Source of the DNA: Octopus sinensis
Taxonomy: Eukaryota
NCBI RefSeq assembly: GCF_006345805.1
Contig: NC_043009.1
Span: 59,582,001-59,646,000, forward strand
Direction: 5' to 3'
Length of the DNA stretch: 64,000 nucleotides
The notes under the pieces are model-generated. The model saw only the letters and a list, made by a program, of their open reading frames with translations. It ran no database searches and was not told the origin of the DNA. A program made the position numbers and the translations under genes. Of the stretch, positions 50,441-64,000 are shown piece by piece. Each line of letters starts with the position of its first letter. Positions within the stretch are counted from its first letter, which is position 1.

Positions 50441-50863
50441 ACTCTTTTACTCTTTTACTTGTTTCAGTCATTTGACGGTGGCCATGCTGGAGCACTGCCT
50501 TATAGTCGAGCAAATTGACCCCAGAACTTATTCTTTGTGAGCCTAGTACTTATTCTATCAGTCTCTTTTGCCGAACCGCTAAGTTACGAGGACGTAAACA
50601 CACCAGCATCAGTTGTCAAGTGATGTTGGGGGGACAAACACAGACACACACACATATATACACACACATACATATATATGTATACATATATATATATATA
50701 TGACAGGCTTCTTTCAGTTTCCGTCTACCAAATCCACTCACAAGGCTTTGGTCAGCCCGAGCTATAGTAGAAGACACTTGCCCAAGGTGCCACGCAGTGG
50801 AACTGAACTCAGAACCATGTGGTTCGTAAGCAAGCTATTTACCACACAGTCACTCCTATGCCT
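50441..50863 (-). mobile_element. SINE family A, full length
   Basis: Reverse complement of 5837-6250. Confidence 0.9.
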
Positions 50864-51016
50864 GTTTACTATTTTGTCATGTGGACACCCCAAAATCTTA
50901 TAAAGAGTTGCGAACCACTCCTATTAAGAAATCATATGTGCAGATTGTTTGGTAAGAAATCGCAGAATGCACATCTGTCTTCTAAAAAGAGGAAAGTCCA
51001 TGATGTGTGCGTGCGT

Positions 51017-51065
<49 letters not shown>

Positions 51066-53305
51066 TGTCTTGACATTACATGATTGTTGTAAATGAATGT
51101 CATTCATTTCCGATGTTCTGCAAAAACATGTCTGGCCAGTGGGGAAATAGCACCTTGCTCGGAAATAGGCGAGTGTTGATATCCATCCGTTGAAAATCTG
51201 TCTCAATAAACTCACTCCAACACATGCAAGCATGGAATGGTGGAAGTTAAAACAAAAGTGGTGGTCGTGGTCGTCATGGCGGTGGCAGCGGCAGCAGCAT
51301 CGCAGTTGTGGTAGCAGTAGTGATGGTAGTGGTGATGGTGGCAAAGATGATGATGATGATTAAAATGTATTCTTAGTTTACCAACAGGTTAGAAAATATA
51401 GAATAAATAGAAATTGTACGATCTCTTTGAATAAGAAGATTGGTTCAAATAATGTATGAATGTATATGTGAATGTATGTATATATATGTCTGTATGTATG
51501 TGAATAGATATATATCATATATATATATGCATTTTTATACGTGTATATATGTGTGTGTGTGTGTGTACATAATATATATATACAAATACATATATATACA
51601 TATATATATATACATACATATATATATAAATACATACATATATATATATAGAGAGAGAGAGATAGATATAGATATATATACATAGATATACATTTACCTA
51701 CATGTATGTATGTATACATACATATGTATGTATACATACATATGCACTCATGTATGTGTGTGTGTGTGTGTGTAAAGGTGGAGATAGATACCTGTTGGCA
51801 AGTTTCTAAAAATTAAGAAACCGTATCTTTAGCTTTAAATACATCAGTAACTAAGACACGCTTACATACACACACGTTCTTGCAAACAAACCCTAGTGTA
51901 TATATATATATATATATATATATAATTGTATCTTTAAGACAAAGTTGTATACAATTAATTACACTCAAACTTGTTAAGAATACACACACACACTCTCACA
52001 CACACACACCTGCACTTGCACACATGTACACACACACATAGATACACACAGACACACACAGCTACAAATACACGAACCTAAATTCGTACATAGTAATTAC
52101 ATGTACATTCATACAATCGTATACACATATACATACTCATACACACACTCACTTTTGAACATATATACTCACACCCACATATACATACTCTCACTTTCAT
52201 ACAATTATAGACACACACATATATATATATATATATACATATATATTTGTATATATGCAATTATACATACTTACACACACACACACACACACATGCACAT
52301 ATACACACATATGCACATAGAATCGTAATGATCTCTATACTCCTATTTCGCATTCGTACAATTATATACACCCATATATGCATACATTAACACAGTGTAT
52401 GCACACCTGTATACACACATTCAAACAACTAGAACAAACCATTTCTAACAAATTGTTGTGTATGTATGTATGTACGTATGTATGTATGTATGTATGTATG
52501 TGGATGTATGTATATGTAAGTATGTATGTATGTATGTATGTATGTATGTATGTATGTATGTATGTGGATGTATGTATATGTATGTATCTAAGCATAGGTA
52601 TGTGTGTGTATGTGTATGAATGTATGTATATTATGCATGTATGGATGTATGCATATGTTTGTATGTAAGTAAGTAAATGTATGTATATGTTGTTATCTAA
52701 GTACATGTATGTGTATGAATGTGTATGAATGTGATATGTTTTGCATGTATAACTGTGTATGTATGTATGCAATGTATGCCTGTATATGTGTACATAGATT
52801 TCTATGTAGTTTTTTTTTTTATATGAAAGTATGATTTTTTTTTCGGTCAAAAAACAGAAAAAAAAATGTATGTAATTGTTGGTTTGTTTTTGCTCGAGGG
52901 CAAATTCTGGCTGGTGTTTATAAGAAGTATTCCTTCCAACAACATGAACAAAGAACAAAGAATGTCATCAACAATCAACAAATGAACCAAAAGACTCACA
53001 CACACACACTTGTACATGAACACGCAAGCACATGTGCACATACACACATATACACAGCAATTAACCAATTCACAATAGTGCCAGCAAAACCATTGTATCA
53101 CAGTTTTTGTATGTATATATATATGTATATGTATATATATGTATGTATATGTTTATATGTATATATATGTATGTATATATTTATATGTATATATATGTAT
53201 ATATTTATATGTATATATATGTATGTATATATTTATATATATATGTCTATATATATATATGTATGTATGTGTATATATATATATATAATATATATATATA
53301 TAATA

Positions 53306-53349
<44 letters not shown>

Positions 53350-54135
53350 ATATATATACATATATATAATTTGGCAATAGCTGAAAAGATAAAAATTTGG
53401 CTCTTGCATCCTGATTTTGTTTTATTCTTCTTCAGTGTTATTTACACACACACACACACACGTGAGCACGCACATATATATACAAAATTAACATCATGTT
53501 CAACAACACGGAAGACACGATAAAAACTATGTAATTATTAGTTTAATGTTCAATGCAAAATCAAGAAGTTCCCCCTGATATTTTGAGCTTAAGCTCTCCT
53601 TCAAAAAGATAGTGCTTATATAAGTAAGCACATATAAAAGAAATGTGTTTGTGTCTATGTGTACCTTTGTATATATATATCGACGTGTGCGATTCTATGA
53701 ATGTATGTGTGGGTGTATGTATATTTCATCACCATCATCATTGTCATTTTATTCAGCTTCAATGCTGGCCTGGTTTGGACAGTGATGAAATTCAACGAAT
53801 CATAGGACTTCATTAAGTGCCAATGTCTGCCTTTGTATGATTTATGCAGCTAAATGCCCTTCCTCGTGCCAACTACTTTACAAAATGTACTGAATTTTTT
53901 TTTGTGTGTCTGTGGCATTAGTGTGGTTGCTAGGTTACTTCAATTGAGTAGGAGTGTGGTAGGGATGGAAGTGGTTTTGTGCCTGACATTGAGAAGCTGA
54001 AGTATGATGAAGCTTAAACTTTCTTGCTGCAGAGCAGATACATGACTACCCCACATTATATAAGGGTGGGTGGGCATAACTGGAAAGAGAGATAAAGGCA
54101 GTGGCAATAAGATGATGCCTAGCAATATGCAGTAG

Positions 54136-54528
54136 TCTCTCTCTATATAAAGCTGAAGTTGTCTGTGTATGACAGGTTTGGTAGCCTCCAACTAACACTA
54201 TCTCCTCCGAGACCCTGCGGCACAAGTTGACCAAAATTGAGAGTATGATAGAAGAAGGTTTGCTCTTTCTTCCGTAGAAGAAAAATTTCAAATCGGACCA
54301 TGTTAAGACCAAAAGTTATTTACATCAAAAAGGTGCTTTTTTTTCTATGAAAATCCCTATTTTTTACGATTTTTTGACTGCTGTGTCGTCATTTTTCAGT
54401 ATATTTCAACTGGAAAAATGTTCACTTAAAGAGAATAACAAGCTACATAGTGCAAAATTTTTACTTTTCAAAAATTCCAATTCTAAAGGGTTGAAACAAA
54501 CCCGAGCAACGCCAGGCAATACTGCTAG
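54136..54528 (+). mobile_element. Non-autonomous Helitron, copy 2
   Basis: 5' TCTCTCTCTATATAAAG; 3' cccgagcaacgccagg hairpin followed by CTAG|T. Its translation 54347-54583 nearly matches that of 3918-4166(-). Confidence 0.85.
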
Positions 54529-55532
54529 TTTTAGGATAGTTTTGAAGTATAGGGTAAACCTTATAAGCATGTGTTTTTCATAAACACATAATTTCCAGCC
54601 ATGCCTTCCACCATACAAATTCCCTTATCAAAGCCATCAGACTGAGGAAGGCTATCCACCATGCTTTCACCACTTTGACTACCTATTGACCCACATAATT
54701 TCTCATGTCTGCTATCATCCCCTTTCCATTTCTTTGCCTCCTGTACTGTGGCAGAGGTCAGAGGTGTATATCATGATTTTAGCCTGTGATTCAGCTGACT
54801 CTTTGGTTTTGAAACTACAGCAGTGCCATAACTTTTACCCTCTTCAATTCAGAGAATTCCTCCTGATAAGTCCAGAAAAGAGAACGTTATACTATATTGG
54901 ACACAAGAGAATGTGAGAGAAGATTTAGTCCAATGGGCACTGTGATTCTATGTATATCAGTAGCTGGGACATCACTGCTATCTTCAGCAGTTGGGTGTCT
55001 ACCATTAACAAGGCCAGAGAAGGCTGAAACCACATGATTTGGTAGTCTCGGCTCTGGCAGTGGTGCATTATTTTTCTATCACTAGCAATATAAACAAGAG
55101 TGCTTATATGCACCAAAAGATTATACGAGCAGTTCTCTCCAAGTAATTATTGCAGTATCCAGTATTCTAACACAACATCCATTTTTAAGTGGGGATAAAT
55201 ATTACTTTAGAGATACTAATTTTTCTCTTTGTCCTCTCTCGGATTTGCTCCTATTGCAAAGAACTGCTGTTTGGTTTTATCAAAATTTGCCACCTACATT
55301 TTTGTTTTCTTTTGTTGTGACTGTAATAGATCAAAATATCCTGTTTCTTCAATTTGTATTAAAGTAATGTTCTCTTTGGCACGGCGACTGTTTGATCAGG
55401 CGATAGTATTTGACTTGATGTATGTGTTGTTGGTATTCTTGTTGTCATGGTTCTTACTATCTTCAAAACTACTTATTTGTGTGTCTGAGATATTTTTCTT
55501 ATTTATAGTAAGACGCAGGTCTTACTATTTAT

Positions 55533-55935
55533 AGGCGTAGGAGTGGCTGTGTGGTAAGTAGCTTGCTTACCAACCACATGGTTCCAGGTTCAGTCCCACT
55601 GTGGGGCACCTTGGGCAAGTGTCTCCTACTATAGCCTCGGGCTGACCAAAGCCTTGTGAGTGGATTTGGTAGACAGAAACTGAAAGAAGCCCATTGCATA
55701 TACATATATATATGTATGTGTGTGTGTGTGTGTTTGTCCCCCCAACATCGCTTGACAACCGATGCTGGTGTGTTTACGTCCCTGTAACTTAGTGGTTCGG
55801 CAAAAAGGCACCGATAGAATAAGTACTAGGATTACGAAGAATAAGTCATGGGGTCGATTTGCTCGACTAAAAGGTGGTGCTCCTCGCATGGCCATAGTCA
55901 AATGACTGAAACAAGTAAAAGAGAGTAAAAGAGTA
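55533..55935 (+). mobile_element. SINE family A, full length
   Basis: Homologous to 5837-6250. Confidence 0.9.
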
Positions 55936-57149
55936 AAGACAGAGTTCCCTAAACTGTTCATTTTCTCTCACTTTTGCTGTGTTTTCATTTTGTGTTGGTC
56001 TTTTTTTTTTCTTTTATTACCATTATAGTATTCATTCTTGTGACATGTGTATTTGGCAATCATTTTAGATAAGAAAATGTAATTGCGTGTTAATCAAATT
56101 TGGAACCTTTGTAAAACGAGCCCCCACCTTTTTTTTATATATATTCCTTTCCATTTTCGTGGGCATCAAGGACAGGTTTTCCTTTGTTATTTGTAGTTCC
56201 TTTCACAAGTTCTCCACAAAAAAAAATCTCATTTTATAATGCTTGAATAAATTGTGTCTGAAATAGAGAAAAATGATGTCTTCACACTACAAAATTCAAA
56301 CACAACAACAACAACAGCAACAACAACAACTCCAGGTTGAGAAAAATATGAATATTCAGTTTTAAAGCATTCATGGGCATGCATGAGATCACACCAAGCA
56401 ACATTAATTAAAATGTTATAATGCCTTAATTAACGAGATAGTTATAATGCTATAAATCCTGAAACACCAAAGGCATCATGGAGTATCACGTTGAAATTTT
56501 AATGAAACTTCTTATAATAATTCTTAACGAGAAGGTTGGGTTCTTATTTGGTTTTAGAATGCTCAGAGATGTTGTTAGATGGTTCTGGTGATGATGTGGC
56601 AAGTATATGTTGGTTTTGCAAGATTTTGAAAGTTCTCTTTGGTTGAATAAATTTTTTAAGAAAAACTCGTTAACATCAATGACAGGTAGAAAGCAGTCAT
56701 GCAATTTGCTATGTGTGATTGGCACAGAAATCACTATTTTGAGATTTTGGGGGTACTGGGAAGGACATCCGGCTGTAGAAAATATGCCAAAGGAGACACT
56801 GAAGCCTGATGGCTCCAAAAGGATGAAAAGTAAACTTGAACTCACAATGAAAAAAACAATCAGAACAATTACTATAAAGCAACCTGACACGATAATGACT
56901 TTGCTGATACGATTTATAAATTTCTAAAATAGAGAAACTAAAAAAAAAACTATTAAATTTGAATGGCAGAGAATAATCTAAGCTTTGTTGGGCTTACAAA
57001 AAGTCTAGGGCTTCATCTCCCATTGCAACTGAAGGGGTCTGGGATATTATTCGTTAGCAGGACTCATAATTTAATAACTCTCAAAACTCCTTTTAAAATT
57101 GATCAAACAGATTAAAACACACTACAGCATACTTTACCATTGATTCTAA

Positions 57150-57545
57150 TCTCTCTATATATAAAGCTGAAGTTGTCTGTGTGTGTGTGGCAGGTTTGGG
57201 AGCCTTCAACTAACACTATCTCCTTTGAGACCCTGCAGCGCAAGTTGGCCAAAATTGAGAGTATGATAGAAGGCTTACTCTTCCTTCCGTAGAAGAAAAA
57301 AATTCAGATTGGACCATGTTAACACCAAAAATTATTTACATCAAAAAGGGGCTTTTTTTTCTATGAAAATCCCTATTTTTTTACGATTTTTTGACTGCTG
57401 TGTTGCCATTTTTCGGTGTATTCCAACCAGAAAAATGTTCACTTAAAGAGAATTACAAGCTACATAATGCAAAAATTTCACTTTACAAAAATTCCAATTC
57501 TAAAGGGTCGAAACAAACCCGAGCAACACTGGGCGATACTGCTAG
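57150..57545 (+). mobile_element. Non-autonomous Helitron, copy 3
   Basis: A|TCTCTCTATATATAAAG ... cccgagcaacactggg ... CTAG|T. Confidence 0.85.
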
Positions 57546-57681
57546 TTTCTGTTATTTCAGTGTTAGAAAATGTACCATGCAGTGTTTTTTTTTTTTATTG
57601 ACTTACAAACAATAGTAGTATTGATAAAAATCTTCCTGATATTGGCTTGAAATTTCAAGTTTAATAATTCATGTGGCTAGT

Positions 57682-58040
57682 GATCATCAACATCAAGATC
57701 CCTTAACTGATACAGCCAGTGATTGGGGTGCCACTCTAGATGCTTTCACAGTCAGCCACTTCCACTGGTCTCTGTTCTGTGTCACACAAAAGTAGGTCCA
57801 CTACGTTGTGACCAGTTCAGTCTTTAACTTTGATATTGTCAAACCAGCATTTTTCTCTCTGCCTCTCCTTTGCCCTCCCTCAACTATGCCCTGAAGAATG
57901 GTTTTGGACAAGAAGTTGTAGTGGGATACATGAATGTACCAGGCAAGATTTTGCCTTTTTCCTTGTACAAGAAGTGGTTCCTTTCAGATCACGCAATCGT
58001 TTTTACATCACTAACTGTAAATAAGATTACTCTCAATGTC
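57682..58040 (-). mobile_element. RTE-clade LINE 3' remnant
   Basis: The minus strand translates LLVQGKRQNLAWYIHVSHYNFLSKTILQGIVEGGQRRGR/KCWFDNIK, the RTE ORF C-terminal motif (W-GHV...KTILQG-VEG-RRRGR...W-DNIK). It ends in a degenerate (GAT)n tail. Confidence 0.85.
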
Positions 58041-59079
58041 CACGAAGAGTTTCATTTCATGTTTCAATTCTTCGAACCTCTATAGATTACTTCTAACGCC
58101 TTCTTAGCCAGTCGACCTGTCAACGGTATAATAAATCACCATATTTCCACTTTGATGACTTCCAAAATTACTTCTGATTTTCTGTAGTCCTGTCTTTTAT
58201 TTCTTCATGAAATTAATGCATTTTGTTGATGCTTTCATCACATTCTTCATTCTCAGAGAAAGTGGTCATAAATTTTGCTGGTGAATTTTGCTGGTGAATA
58301 AGACAACGACACAGTATCAAGGTATTAGAAACCAGTTGATGGTTGTCCAATTCCTTCTTGAATAAAACAGCAAGTCTTTTATTGAGATCTTACCATAAAT
58401 GGCACACTGTCTGTTATTACATTGTTAAGTTTTTCATAAGATAATTTAAAATCATTTGTGGCTGATCTGAATTCAGATAAAATGAATATAAAACAGATAT
58501 CATTTTTGAAGTAAAATATCTCCAGGTTTGAAATGTCTTGGCACAGATGTTTTGGTGCTGCCTGTTTGGAATTGGTGATTCAATGCAGACTTACTATTTC
58601 TCATCAGATATTTCTCATCAAATTGCAGCGTCTCTATTTATCTATCCATCAAGTTACCTATCTGCCTATATATAAATATATATGTGTGCATGTGTGTATA
58701 TGTATATTTCTGTTTGCATTCATGCACACTTGTGTGTGTCTGTGTGTGTGTGTGTGCTGAAATGTACTGTTGCCAGAGCAGGTTCAATGTCCAGTCGGTC
58801 ATGCCAGATCACCACCATCCTAACAGTTGTACCCAATCGTTTCATTTCATAAATTTCGTTTAGTAAAGTTTGCTGTTTATCTCACATCCAAATATGGCCA
58901 TCTCTGTCATATTAACTGTATCTGTTGTCATATCTACAGCCATCAAATAAAATAAATGCTGATGCTGCTTCTTTGGATGCTTGCATATCATAATCCGTCT
59001 TGTATATGGTCAGATTCTGTCCTTCATGATAAACCAATAAACTCAAAAAAATATGCATTCTTTCATTCTCTTCCTAATC

Positions 59080-59261
59080 TCATCTCTTTTCTCTCTCTTT
59101 CTCTGCCTCTCTCTCTCTCTGCCTCTCTCTTTCTCTGCCTATCTCTCTCTCTCTCCATACCCCTCTCTCTTTCTGTGCTTCCCTCTCTCTCTCTCTCTCT
59201 CTGTACCCCTCTCTCTCTCTATGCCTCCCTCTTTCTCTCTCTTTCTCTCTCTCTCTCTATG

Positions 59262-59302
<41 letters not shown>
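59080..59302. repeat. (CT)n tract abutting the RTE 3' end
   Basis: Directly visible. Confidence 0.95.
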
Positions 59303-59305
<3 letters not shown>

Positions 59306-59640
59306 ACACACAAGGCCACAATACAATCTCTCGAACCAGCTGTTTTTTGCTACTGTTCTGGTCCCTAATTCCAGCTTCTCCACCTTCTCATCTCCTTTCC
59401 TTGTCAGTGGTTCTTCACTATGTCGTTTTGGGGCACCCTGCTACTCTTCTTTTCCTCAGGCTGCCACCTTAGGGCCACCATAGAATTGATTTCTCAATCC
59501 TGTCTGAGAACATGTCCGATTCCAGTTCCAGTATTTGCATCCTGTTGATGCCCGATGTCATCTCAGTTGTATCATCTCAGACTCTTTGCGGCCACCTGAT
59601 GACAAATATTCTCCTTAAACATTCTTTTGGGGCCTAAAAT
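59303..59640 (-). mobile_element. Second RTE-clade LINE 3' remnant (different subfamily)
   Basis: The minus strand with frameshifts reads CLRRIFVIRWP...WNW/IGHVLRQD...VALRWQPE...GCPKTT..RTTDKER and runs into a (GA)n tract. Confidence 0.75.
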
Positions 59641-60654
59641 TTGTTTTTATGTGGTTTTGCTTTCCTTGTGTTTACCTCTCAATCCTTAATATGTTTGGCG
59701 GGTACAGACATTATTCCGTTAATGTTGCCTTTTGAAAACAATTCCTCTTTGCAAGAAGATCGTTTCAATAATGCTTCCTCGACCAAACACAAACCCTTTC
59801 AGGGTTTCCAGTTCTCTTATTTTATTTATTCCGTATGATTGGTCAAACAGTGACATTTTTAGTCTTGTACTTTATAATAAATTACAAACAAAGCACACAC
59901 ACACACACAAACACACACACAGAATTACCATTTATTTCTAAAGGAAAATAATTTACTGTCCGTTTTTCATCGATCAAAATTTTTTCCAGTTACTCTATTT
60001 TTTCCCTACGACTTTTTATTCTTTTTAAAAAAATTTTTTTTTAACCTTTTATTAGCACCAGCCTTTGTAGGAAGGGTTATTTTTTTATTTTTATGAACTT
60101 TATAATATTGATTTAAAATATTTAATAAAAATAAGCAAACGAAGCGTAAAGGTTGTCAGCATTCAACATTACCGCACTTAATTTTGTTACAACACCGACA
60201 CCAACATTTCAACCTAGACCAAACTTCCAATTTTCACCATCTATTCAACACCAGTAACAATACCTAATAAGACAGAGCAAACAACCGCAACTGAGGTTTA
60301 TTTAGGAATAACAGAATAAAGACTAAAAGCTAATTGAATGTAAATAATTTGTACGTATTCCAACTTATGATTAATATCATGAGACAAAATCTATTGTAGT
60401 TAAGACTATTTGTTTCCGTCTTGTGGTTTGTATTAAATCTCTGTTTTCGTGTTAGTCTTTTTAAGGTCTTAATATTTTGTTTAGTCTCTGTTTCGAATTG
60501 GTTATTAGGACTTCATAGCTGCGAGGTGGCTGAATGGTTTTAAGATGTTCGTTTCACACTCATATATGATCCTGGGTTCAATCCCACTGCGTGCAGGGCT
60601 GGATTAAGACCCACAGAGACCCTAAGTACCCAAAAGAGATTTTGGTGTCTCCAT

Positions 60655-60686
<32 letters not shown>

Positions 60687-60894
60687 TTAGCGTCCGCTTT
60701 CCATGCTAGCATGGGTTGGACGCTTCAACTGGGGTCTGTGAAGCCAAAAGGCTGCATCAGGCCCAGTCTGATCTGGCAGTGTTTCTACGGCTGGATGCCC
60801 TTCAAAACAATCATAAACCATAAAATAAATTATTTTTCAAAATGAAGCAAAATTAACAGTCAGATGGGAAATGTTTATTTTTGTATGTTGTTTG

Positions 60895-61187
60895 TTCCTT
60901 CTCGAGCCACGCCTAGCTCATAAGGGCCGGTTTCCCGGTTTCCTTGGCGTGTAGGTTCCCCACCTGGATGAGACGCCAGTCCGTCGCAGGTGAGCTGCAA
61001 GATGCAGGAGGAAAGAGTGAGAGAAAATTTGTGGCGAAAGACTCAGCAGATTGTTCGCCATTACCTTCTGTCAGAGTCGCATGGAGCTTAGGTTTTTCGC
61101 TCATAAACACACACATTGCCCGGTCTGGGATTCAAACCCGCAATCCCTCGACCGCGAGTCCGCTGCTCTAACCACTAGGCCTCCACT
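60895..61187 (-). mobile_element. tRNA-derived SINE, head E + tail T1
   Basis: Reverse complement of the 10240-10487 element. Confidence 0.85.
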
Positions 61188-62065
61188 TATTTTTGTTTAC
61201 TTCCACTTAATTTATATTTGAAAAGTCTCCTCTTACCTTTTTTAGCTCATTTCCATCTTCATGCATTACATCACATGTTTTTATGTTTTTTTTTAATCCT
61301 TTTTTTTTTTATTTTTATGTTTTATCTCTCCACATGTCTGTGTAATGTCCCTTCTGCATTGGCCCCTGGTGGGTAATAAAAAATTCCAACTACTTTACAG
61401 AGTATACAGGGTGCTTTTCTCTGCGGCGCCAGCACCGGTACTTTTTACATAGCACTAGCACCAACAGGGTCACCAAGTAACTGGCAAGACAAAAACTCCC
61501 ACCTCGGCTGGGAGGAGGGAGTGGTAGTGAAGGTGGGGTGTCGTTAGTGTTGTCATTGGTGGTGGTGGTGGTGGAGGGTGATTGAGTGAGTGATTATGGT
61601 GAAGAGGGCAATTCTTGTCGGTGGTGGTGGTGGTGCTGGCGCTGGGTAGTAATGATTGTGGTGGCGGTGATTGTCATCATCGTCATGGGTGACGTTGGAG
61701 TAGAGGGTTATTGTCGTTATTGGTGTCATGGGGTGAAGGAGGGCAGGAAGACGCACAGAAATTTCTAAAGCATTAAAAGAAAATTTTTTTTTTTAAAAAA
61801 GACATGCAATGGAAAATCATACTAAATTGTACCAAAGAAAGCGCCAGAAACTAAAACTTGAGGAATTTAAATTATTTGGCATTTTAACCTTTTAATTGAT
61901 GGTTTAACATTTCATTCCATTTGTTGCTCGCTCAGTGTGTGTCATGCGTACAAACTGACACACATGCATACATTATACATTTGCACATGTATTTGTGTGT
62001 GTGTGTGCGTGTGTGTGTGCGTATGTGTGTGTGTGTGTGTGCGTGCATGCAAATATCCTTTATCG

Positions 62066-62624
62066 TTTACTTGTTTCAGTCATTAGACTGTGGCCATGCT
62101 GGAGCACTGCATTGAAGAATTTTAGCCAAAAGAACCAACTCCACTTTCTTTTTTTTTTTTTTTTTTTTTACAGCCTGCTACTTATTCTATCAGTTTCTTT
62201 TGCTGAACCGCTAAGTTGCAGGGATGTAAACGCACTAGAATAGGTCATCAAGTAGTTTGCTTACCAACCAAACCACATGGCTCCAGGTTCAATCCCACTG
62301 CATGGCATCTTGAGCAAGTGTCTTCTACTATAGCCTCAGGCCGACCAAACCCATGTAAGTGGATTTGGTAGACGGAAACTCAAAGAAGCCTGTCGTATAT
62401 ATGTATATATATGTGTGTATGTATATGTTTGTGTGTCTGTATTTGTCCCCCTAGCATTTGCTTGACAACCGATGCTGGTGTGTTTGTGTCCCCGTCTCTT
62501 AGCGGTTCGGCAAAAGAGACCAATAGAATAATTACTGGGCTTACAAAGAATAAGTCCCGGGGTCGATTTGTTCGACTAAAGGCGGTACTCCAGCATGGCC
62601 GCAGTCATGACTGAAGCAAGTAAA
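62066..62624. mobile_element. Back-to-back SINE-A copies: 3' half on minus (62066-62237) and near-full copy on plus (62247-62624)
   Basis: The outer ~170 bp are mutually reverse-complementary, with divergence. Confidence 0.8.
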
Positions 62625-63002
62625 CACTATATTTATACACATATATATATGCTTGTAGGTAAATGTGTGGTGTGCGTGTGTAAAACTTAGATAAAACTTA
62701 GATATCTTTCGACCAAAGATTGGTCCAAGCCATGTCTAACTTAATAGCACCACCTAATAGGATTATCTAAATCTTGTTTAAGTCAAGTTTTGTTTATGGT
62801 CCATTCAAGTAGTGAGTTCTTGTCGAGTAAGTTGTATCCAGGTATGGGTGGCTGATCTGGAATTCCTTGAAGAAATCTGTCAAGACTTTGTTTAAAGGTA
62901 ATGGGATTCTATTCCCCTTTAATCAGTTTTGGGAGTTACCTCTTTAATCAGTTTGGGTATATATATATATATATATACTTGCAGACATATATCATATATA
63001 TG

Positions 63003-63035
<33 letters not shown>

Positions 63036-63325
63036 TTAACGTCCGTTTTCCGTGCTAGCACAGGTTGGACGGTTCGACCGGGGTCTGGGAAGCCAGGAGG
63101 CTGCACCAGGCTCCAGTCTGATCTGGCAGTGTTTCTACAGCTGGATGCCCTTCCTAACGCCAACCACTCTGTGAGTGTAGTGGGTGCTTTTTACGTGCCA
63201 CCGGCACAGGTGCCAGGGGAGGCTGGCAGCGACCACGATTGGTTGGTGCTTTTTACGTACCACCAGCACAGAAGCCAGTCAAGGTGGCGCTGGCATCGGC
63301 CACGTTCAGATGGTGCTTTTTACAT
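63003..63325 (-). mobile_element. SINE family C
   Basis: Homologous to 23655-24047. Confidence 0.85.
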
Positions 63326-63880
63326 GATATACATACATACATATGTATATTATGTACATATGTATTCGTGGCATACTGCAGAAGCTAGTACGCACATATT
63401 GATTGTGTAGTCTGTGTGATATATATTACATAAATATACATGAAAATCCCTATCTGAGAAAACTTACTTACAGATGCCAGTTCTGATAGTGTCCCTCTTT
63501 CCCAATATAGCTTTCTGTCTAGTAATAAAACTAGATGCATATATACATATATACATACATTTATATATATATATATGTAGCTTTTATACAAAATCTTTAT
63601 GTAACCACACTATCTCAGTTCCTCTTTCTTCTCTTCTTCTCTTTCACATATATGAATTACTTTGCACAATCTTTTAATGAAAAATTTATATATATAAACA
63701 ATCTCTCTTCCCACTATTTCTGCATGTTTCTTTAACATACACACATTTGCATGTGTGTGTATATATTATATATATATCCATATTTAGGGCATATTTTGTC
63801 CTTATAAACAAACACTGTCTTTATCTCCACCTTTTGCTCCTACTGACACACACCATACAAAATGTATTTGTGTGTGTGTG

Positions 63881-63927
<47 letters not shown>

Positions 63928-64000
63928 TACACACGTACACATATTATATACATACACACACCACACATACATACACTTCCTTTCTACATATATTTCTCCA

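Noticed and set aside
2536-63735. Dozens of long ORFs rich in I/Y/V/C/H/T/F/S/M
   Set aside because: They are stop-free translations of (TA)n, (TG)n, (TAA)n, (CAT)n, (GGT)n and (TTC)n microsatellites with no domain content.
29317-64000. Second coding exon of the FAT gene
   Set aside because: No ORF or spliceable segment resuming a cadherin repeat (LDRE... DxNDN) was seen, so the intron probably extends past the window.

Overview
This is AT-rich, extremely microsatellite- and SINE-dense animal DNA. The repeat families and overall texture point to an octopus (Octopus sp.); that is inferred, not shown. There is one 100-N scaffold gap (12252-12351) and several patches that look like unpolished long-read sequence. 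The only convincing protein-coding feature is a single 3.35-kb exon on the + strand (25966-29316, ATG at 25980). It encodes a signal peptide, 9 complete cadherin repeats and part of a 10th, from a Fat-like protocadherin (FAT1/2/3, Drosophila Fat2/kugelei type). The rest of the window appears to be intronic or flanking sequence, and no second coding exon is evident in the remaining ~34.7 kb. That non-coding sequence holds at least five SINE-type families, three non-autonomous Helitron copies, RTE and R4/Dong LINE remnants, Penelope-type fragments, local tandem duplications and long simple repeats. The most interesting signal is a set of about six minimal type-I hammerhead-ribozyme motifs from different repeat families. 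One of them appears to lie downstream of a tRNA-derived Pol III head, suggesting a ribozyme-carrying SINE or retrozyme-like element. Other leads are a possibly ancient giant FAT exon with circRNA and editing potential, and combinatorial head/tail swapping among SINEs. All of these are hypotheses from sequence inspection. Almost every other ORF in the supplied track is a translation of simple repeats.
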